This document shows positions 56,661 through 64,000 of a stretch of 64,000 bases of DNA, in pieces. The stretch comes from Dictyostelium discoideum (lineage: Eukaryota), in NCBI GenBank assembly GCA_000004695.1, contig CM000153.2:3296001-3360000 (forward strand), in the 5' to 3' direction. A program made the translations under genes and the position numbers. The notes under the pieces were generated by a model, which was given only the letters and a program-made list of their open reading frames with translations, was not told the origin of the DNA and did no database searches. Position 1 is the stretch's first letter, and every line of letters begins with the position of its first letter.

Positions 56661-56784
56661 TTTTATCATATCTTTTGTTATTTTTAAAATACCATTTATT
56701 ATATTTTATTATATTTTATTTTATTTTATTTTATTTTATTTTATTTTATTTTATTTTATTTTTTCCAATCAAAAAAAAAAAAAT

Positions 56785-57913
56785 TTAATAATGATAAGTG
56801 ACAGATGGAATGAAAAATAATGGACGGTAATATTTAATTTGGAAAGCGAGGGATTGGAAGAAGAGTAAGACTATAATTGATGACATACCCATAAAGAATA
56901 ATAAACCCTTACTTTTTGATGAAAAATTTGTATAATTTGGTAAAATATCTGAAAGGAATACAAAAATAAGAGTAATTGCAATAGCTATTTATTATTTTTT
57001 ATTAATTTTGGATTTTTTTTAATTTAATAATTAGTATTGAATTATAATTTGGAAAGTAATAAAAAAAAATTAAAAAATAAAAAAAATTAAAAAAAAGGAT
57101 ACATACTTGAAACACCCATGATCATACCCTCTGAAACAGTTTGACTTCTTGAACCTCTTGAGAAGTAGTTATAAGTTTGTTGACGATGATCAAACTCATA
57201 AAAGTTTGGTTTATGAATAAAGTCATAGAAAATACCCATAATAACGCATGCGAATAATAACTATTTTATAAATATAATTTGAAAATAAACTTTGTGTTAA
57301 AATATTTGTTGAATTTGGAAAATATCATTCTCCCCCCAAAAAAAAAAAAAAAAAAAGTGAAAAAATAAAAAAAATATAAAAAAAAAATACATACAATTGT
57401 TAAGAAATACCAAAACATTGGACTTTTTCTTTTTCTATAGGCAGTAATAAGGAATCTAACTGATGCTAAAAATACAACAAAGCTTAAAATTTGAACTGAA
57501 TATTTTTCATAAAATGTTTTAACTGGTTCAATCTAAAGGATATATATATTTTTATTTTTAAAAAAAATGTTAATGATTATTATTAAATGTATATATATAT
57601 GATATAAATTAAATAAATAAATACTCTAATCTTTGAATGACTATAAATGAAATCAGAGATTGATTGAGAAGAGGTTTGTTCGAAACCTGTGTAGGCATAA
57701 CCTTTTTGAGTGATTGGTTTTGATCCACTTGGTATGAATAATAAATGTGGAATTGTATTTAAACCAATTGTTTGGAATACTTCCATATTATAATCGACTT
57801 CCAAAATAACGATAAAAATTGGTTTCTCCAAAAATCCTGCTGAATTTAAATATGGTTCATATGAAAGTGAGAATGATTCAATTTGATTCTTTAATTGACT
57901 TTAATAAATTAAA

Positions 57914-57977
<64 letters not shown>

Positions 57978-58349
57978 GTTTTATTAGTATTTATTAATTT
58001 GAAGAATGTATATAATATGTATGAATGAATGAATGAATAGGGGGTATTGTGACACATACACACAACCACTACAACCATATTTTGGATTAGAAGATGTGAA
58101 AAGAGCTAATAAATCATATGGTCTATTTTGAGCGGTAACGAATTTCTTTGAATCTAAATTTGATTTGAATTCAACTACACCACCTGCTTTCTTTGCTCTA
58201 TCGTATAAATCATTCAATAGTTTCTTTTCGCTTGATGTTAATGGTTTTTGGTTGGTTGTTGATGGTGCACCATATGTTAAACAAAAACTACCAATTATAA
58301 CAACAAATAATAAAAGTAATATTGTTGAAACTTTTGATGATTTCATCAT
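56785..58349 (-). CDS. Oligosaccharyltransferase subunit OST3/OST6 family (TUSC3/MAGT1-like). Model join(58349..58060,57898..57625,57532..57395,57260..57107,56984..56785), about 351 aa.
   Basis: Signal peptide. Thioredoxin-like YGCSGC motif. VDYNMEVFQTIGLNTIPHLLFIP aligns to TUSC3 [55 protein letters not shown] aligns to [30 protein letters not shown]. Four TM helices. The exon 2 donor is a weak GTATTT. Confidence 0.7.
57915..57976. repeat. (AAT)~20 microsatellite in OST3 intron 1
   Basis: Direct reading. Confidence 0.85.
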
Positions 58350-58944
58350 TTTGTTTTTTATTACTATTATCAGTGATCTTCTAAAATAAAATTAAAAAAA
58401 ATAAAAAAAAAATTAAATTAAAAAAAATAAAAAAAAATGAAATTTTTTTTTTTTTTTTTTTTCATTTTATTTTTAATTTTTTTTTTGTTTTTTTAATTTT
58501 ATTTTTGTTTTATCTTTGATTTATCATCAATTTGATATTGTGTTTTAATATTTTACTTTTATTGAATATTATTTAATATTTTTTATAAAAAAAAAAATAA
58601 ATAAATAAATAAATAAAAAAAAATAAATAAAAAAAAAATAAATAATCAAAAGTGAAAATTTAATATTAATAAAATTTTATTAAAAAAAAAAAAAAAAAAA
58701 AAAAAAAGAAATTTAATAGAATAAAAATTAGAAATTTAATATAGCTTAAAGCTCGGATGATTTAATCATATATCCAAATTTAAATAATTTTTTCAATATT
58801 TCCCATGTTGTCATTAAAATTTAAATAAAGGAAATCTTGGCAACACATTTTTTTTTTCATTTTTTTTTTTTTTTTTTTTTTTAATTTTTTTTTTTTTTTT
58901 TGTCATTTTTTTTTTTTATCATTTTTTTTTATATAAATAGAAAT

Positions 58945-60519
58945 ATGATCACCTTTGTTGAAAATAAAAATAGTAGTGTTGATAATATAAATACAAATAA
59001 TAATAATAGTAGTAGTAATAATAATAATAACAACAATAATAATAATAGTCGCTCTTTATTCAGGAATTTAATAATATTGTTGTTTCTCTTAACATTTTTA
59101 AATTTAATTTTATTAAAAAAAATAGATTTAAATTATAAAGATAGTGATATATTCTATAGTAATAATAATAATAATAATAATAAAGGGACCACCCAAAAAT
59201 TTAATATAGATAGTTTAGGTATTAAATTAACAAATTTAGATAATTTACATAATACAGCAAATAGTATTGTAATTAATAAAATGGATAAAACAACTCAAAC
59301 CACCACATCACAATCATTAAACGATAATGATAATATTAATAAAAATGTAATGAATAAGCGTGTTTATTGGCCAAATGTATATCAAAGAATTAGTAACAAC
59401 AACAACAACAACAATAATAATAATAATAATTATAATAATGATGAAAATGATGATAATAGTAATAATAATAACTATGTTGAAAAAATTGAATGGAATAAAT
59501 GTATATTATCATTGATGGGTATTGATTCAATTAATAAATCAATTGGATACTCATTTATAGAATTAGATATTGAAGATGGTAAATTAATTTTAACTTCTGA
59601 TACTAATCAAGATGAACCACGTGTAAATAGTGGTGGAGATGAACCAACAACAACAACAACAACCTCATCATCATCATCATCATCAGATTTCTTTACTTCA
59701 TCAATTAATAGAAAAAGAGTTATAATGGCACATGCAAAAAGTTGTCCATTTCATGAATTAGAATTATCAAATTCAATAATACATAAAGATTTACAAATTG
59801 AAAAATTCTATCCACCTGTTAAAGTTGGTGTATCAGTATTGGTTGAAGATAGTTATAATAGGATATTGTTAACTAAAAGATCAGAATCCTTAAGAATATT
59901 TCCAGGTATTTGGGTACTACCTGGTGGTCATATGGAAATTGGTGAAAATTTCATACAGACAGGTTTACGTGAACTAAATGAAGAAACTGGTATTACCATT
60001 GACATGATTGATACAAAAACTTTACAAGTTATTGGTATATTTGAAAGTTCATATCCAAATTTATTACCAGTTGATAAATTACCAATTGATCATCACATAG
60101 TTGTATTTATATATGTTAAATTAGCATTACCAACAAATAATAATAATAATAATAATAATAAAGTAATAATAAAATTACAAGAATCAGAAGTTCAATTAGC
60201 AGCATGGACACCAAAATCATTATTATTAAAATTATTAGAAGGTACACATCCAGAATTTGATCTATATCCAACAGATACATATCATCATCAATCTCATAAA
60301 AATACTTTAAATTCTGCTTCTTTTGCACCAACTAAAGATATTGAATTAATTCTTCCAATTGGTAAAGAGAATGATCCACACTATCAAGATTTAACAAATG
60401 ATAAAATTAAAGATATCTTTTTTAAAGGCACTGATAATATTGCAACTGGTACAATTTATATTTTAAAACAATATCTAAGAGAAGAAGAAGAAGAAGAATT
60501 ATTAAAAAATAATAAATAA
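58945..60519 (+). CDS. Nudix hydrolase family protein with an N-terminal TM anchor and an N-rich linker, about 524 aa
   Basis: Nudix box GIWVLPGGHMEIGENFIQTGLRELNEETGI. A hydrophobic segment LIILLFLLTFLNLILL lies near the N-terminus. ATG at 58945 (MITFVENK); the upstream track residues are poly-T read-through. Confidence 0.7.
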   Translation: MITFVENKNSSVDNINTNNNNSSSNNNNNNNNNNSRSLFRNLIILLFLLTFLNLILLKKIDLNYKDSDIFYSNNNNNNNKGTTQKFNIDSLGIKLTNLDNLHNTANSIVINKMDKTTQTTTSQSLNDNDNINKNVMNKRVYWPNVYQRISNNNNNNNNNNNNYNNDENDDNSNNNNYVEKIEWNKCILSLMGIDSINKSIGYSFIELDIEDGKLILTSDTNQDEPRVNSGGDEPTTTTTTSSSSSSSDFFTSSINRKRVIMAHAKSCPFHELELSNSIIHKDLQIEKFYPPVKVGVSVLVEDSYNRILLTKRSESLRIFPGIWVLPGGHMEIGENFIQTGLRELNEETGITIDMIDTKTLQVIGIFESSYPNLLPVDKLPIDHHIVVFIYVKLALPTNNNNNNNNKVIIKLQESEVQLAAWTPKSLLLKLLEGTHPEFDLYPTDTYHHQSHKNTLNSASFAPTKDIELILPIGKENDPHYQDLTNDKIKDIFFKGTDNIATGTIYILKQYLREEEEEELLKNNK

Positions 60520-60592
60520 ATAATAAATTAATAAATATATAATTTTTTTTATTTTTTTTATTTTTTTATTTTTTTTATTTTTTTTAATTTTT

Positions 60593-61897
60593 TTAATGAA
60601 CTCTTTTATGTTCTGGTTTATGTTTATATTCATAATCAACATGAACAAAAGCTCTATCAACATCTGATAATGATTCTAATTTCTCTTGAAGTGATTCACC
60701 AATATCATGAGTTTGAACCAATGGCATTGATGGTGGTAAGACTATATCAACTTCAACATATAAATTATTACCAACATGGAATGCTCTACAAGTATCAACT
60801 TTAAGTACTTCAGGATGATGAGTTAAAGCTATAAAAGTTAATTTTTGAAGGAATTCTGGTGATGCTGATTTACCAACTAATAATTGAATTTGTTCATAGG
60901 CTTCAGAAGTCCAAGAACGTAAAATGATTAAAGCAACAACGATTGCACCACTTGGATCTAACCACCAAACCCAATTTTGACCTAAAATAGCCATACCAAC
61001 ACCAAATGAATTAACCACGATATCATTTCTATGATCGGTTGCTAAAATCATTGAAGATGATGAATGAGTTAATCTACGACAATATAAAAACATTGCTACT
61101 TTGATTAAAATTGCAAGACCAACCAAAGAGTACATTAAAATCTTTGTTGAGAGTGTTATTTCTGGGTCTTCTGGACGTGAAATTAATTTTGATACACCTT
61201 CATATAAAAGATTCAAAGACACAGTTGCCATTAATGATGCAAAGATGATGATACCAATTGGCTCCATACGACTCTTGCCAGTTGGGTAAAGTATGAAATT
61301 CTTTTTCTTTCTATAACGATCTGTCATGAATAAAATGAAACCACTGAGTAAATCCATGAATGCGTCTACTGATGTTGCAATTAATGCACGTGATCCTGTG
61401 ACGAATGCTGCTGAAATTTGTAGACAAAATAATAAACAATTTACACATAGGGAACCGGTGATTGCAACCTTAACTTTAAAATCCTCTTCTTCCTCCTTAC
61501 CATGATCTAATAATTCAATTGGTTCAAGAATTGATTCGATTAATTCGTTTTGTCTTTCATAGAATTTACGTGATTTCTTACTTGAGGATTTTATAAATTC
61601 ATCATCCATTCTTGTACTTTCTAAAACTGATCTAAGTTCATCGGCTTTAACATTTCTACGATGAACGTTCTTGCCTCTATGATTATTGATATATTGTTCA
61701 AATTCTAATTCTACTGATGGATTTATTGGTACATTATGATCATCATCATTTGATGACGATGATGATGACGATGAAATACTGTCATTACTATTTCTAATAC
61801 TATCTTTATTAATTAAACTAACTTTATCATCATTATTATTATCTCTTTTTCTTGGAGATGTATACATCCCCTCATCTTCAATAATTTCTGAGTACAT
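60593..61897 (-). CDS. Cation diffusion facilitator (CDF) family metal transporter (Mn-CDF/MTP8-like), 434 aa
   Basis: Six TM helices with TM2/TM5 Asp/His-containing motifs (SVDAFMDLLSG ... ILATDHRNDIVVNS) and a C-terminal cytoplasmic CDF domain. Single exon. Confidence 0.7.
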   Translation of the reverse strand: MYSEIIEDEGMYTSPRKRDNNNDDKVSLINKDSIRNSNDSISSSSSSSSNDDDHNVPINPSVELEFEQYINNHRGKNVHRRNVKADELRSVLESTRMDDEFIKSSSKKSRKFYERQNELIESILEPIELLDHGKEEEEDFKVKVAITGSLCVNCLLFCLQISAAFVTGSRALIATSVDAFMDLLSGFILFMTDRYRKKKNFILYPTGKSRMEPIGIIIFASLMATVSLNLLYEGVSKLISRPEDPEITLSTKILMYSLVGLAILIKVAMFLYCRRLTHSSSSMILATDHRNDIVVNSFGVGMAILGQNWVWWLDPSGAIVVALIILRSWTSEAYEQIQLLVGKSASPEFLQKLTFIALTHHPEVLKVDTCRAFHVGNNLYVEVDIVLPPSMPLVQTHDIGESLQEKLESLSDVDRAFVHVDYEYKHKPEHKRVH

Positions 61898-62194
61898 TTT
61901 TTTAATAATAAAAAAAAAAAAAAAAAAAAAAAATTAAAAAATTAATACGTCTTTGAAAAAAAAAAAAAAAAAAAAAATGGGAAAATAAAAAAAAAAAAAT
62001 AAAATAAAATAAAATTATAAAAAAAATAAAAAAAATAAAACGTCCGTCGAAATAATATTTATTTATTTTATTTTATTTTATTATTTTTTTTGTCTCTATT
62101 AGTTATTCATTTTTTTTTTTTTTTTTTATCCTTATTAATTATTTGATTTGTTTTTTTTTTTTTTTTTTTTTTAAAACATTCTTATTTTTTAATT

Positions 62195-62228
<34 letters not shown>

Positions 62229-62710
62229 CAAAATTTTGGGGTTTGAAGTATGATCAAATTTTTAAAATAAATTTAATTTTCCTGAAAAAAAATGTTTTAA
62301 TTAATTGTTTTTGGCCAACCCCTTATTTTTTTTTTTTTTTTTTTTAATTTTTTATTTTATTTTATTTTATTTTATTTTATTTTATTTATTTTTTTTTTTT
62401 TTTTTTTTTGAAGGTAAGACAAAAACTAAAATTATTTTATTGAAACGGTGTGGAGTTTGTGTGATCAGGATACATTATTTTATTTTTTTTATTTTATTTT
62501 ATTTTTTTTTTTATTTTATTTTTTTTTTTTTTTTTTTCCATTTTACTTTTTTTTTTTATTTTTCGAATTTTTTTTTTTTTTATTTTTATTTTTTTTTTTT
62601 TTTTCTTTGTACAAATTTAATTTGTGTAAAAGTAATTTCTCTATTTTTTTTTTTTTTTTATTATTATTATTTTTTTTTTATATATATACATATAAAAATT
62701 AATAGTATAA

Positions 62711-64000
<1,290 letters not shown>

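Overview
This 64 kb window is eukaryotic nuclear DNA of the dictyostelid (Dictyostelium-like) type. I base that on the extreme AT-richness, the long poly(A)/poly(T) intergenic tracts, and the coding homopolymers (poly-N, poly-Q, poly-S). The introns are short and AT-rich, bounded by GTAAGT or GTATGT donors and AG acceptors, and two tRNA genes lack an encoded CCA. There are no prokaryotic features such as CRISPR arrays or operons.

The region is gene-dense. I support about 33 protein-coding genes and 2 tRNA genes. Many genes sit in divergently transcribed pairs that share promoter regions of 300-900 bp.

Most genes are recognisable housekeeping orthologues. I reconstructed exon/intron models for them by hand from the six-frame track. 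They are Trm112, TAF8, TARBP1-like SpoU methylase, dynamitin/DCTN2, inositol-3-phosphate synthase, Clp1, branched-chain aminotransferase, ASF1, PPAN/Ssf1, FAR-17a/AIG1-family hydrolase, ISY1, PEX12, dephospho-CoA kinase, UCH37/UCHL5, PPT1, an OST3/TUSC3 oligosaccharyltransferase subunit, a Nudix hydrolase, a manganese-type cation diffusion facilitator (CDF) and adenylosuccinate synthetase.

The least conventional content is a tandem pair of paralogous AIG1/GIMAP/septin-like P-loop GTPases at 6460-11876. Each paralog carries a conserved C-terminal Cys-rich module and a coiled coil. Their sequence identity is mosaic, which looks like gene conversion, and one copy has an intron while the other does not. 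Also unusual are a tandem pair of divergent RACK1-like WD40 genes, and a roughly 1,550-aa signal-peptide-bearing glycoprotein with polymorphic-membrane-protein-like repeats plus a multi-pass membrane tail, whose intron hides a (TTA)~35 microsatellite.

No single operon-like 'system' is evident. The GTPase pair is the best candidate for something undescribed. All functional calls are inferred from remembered family motifs, and no database search could be run.
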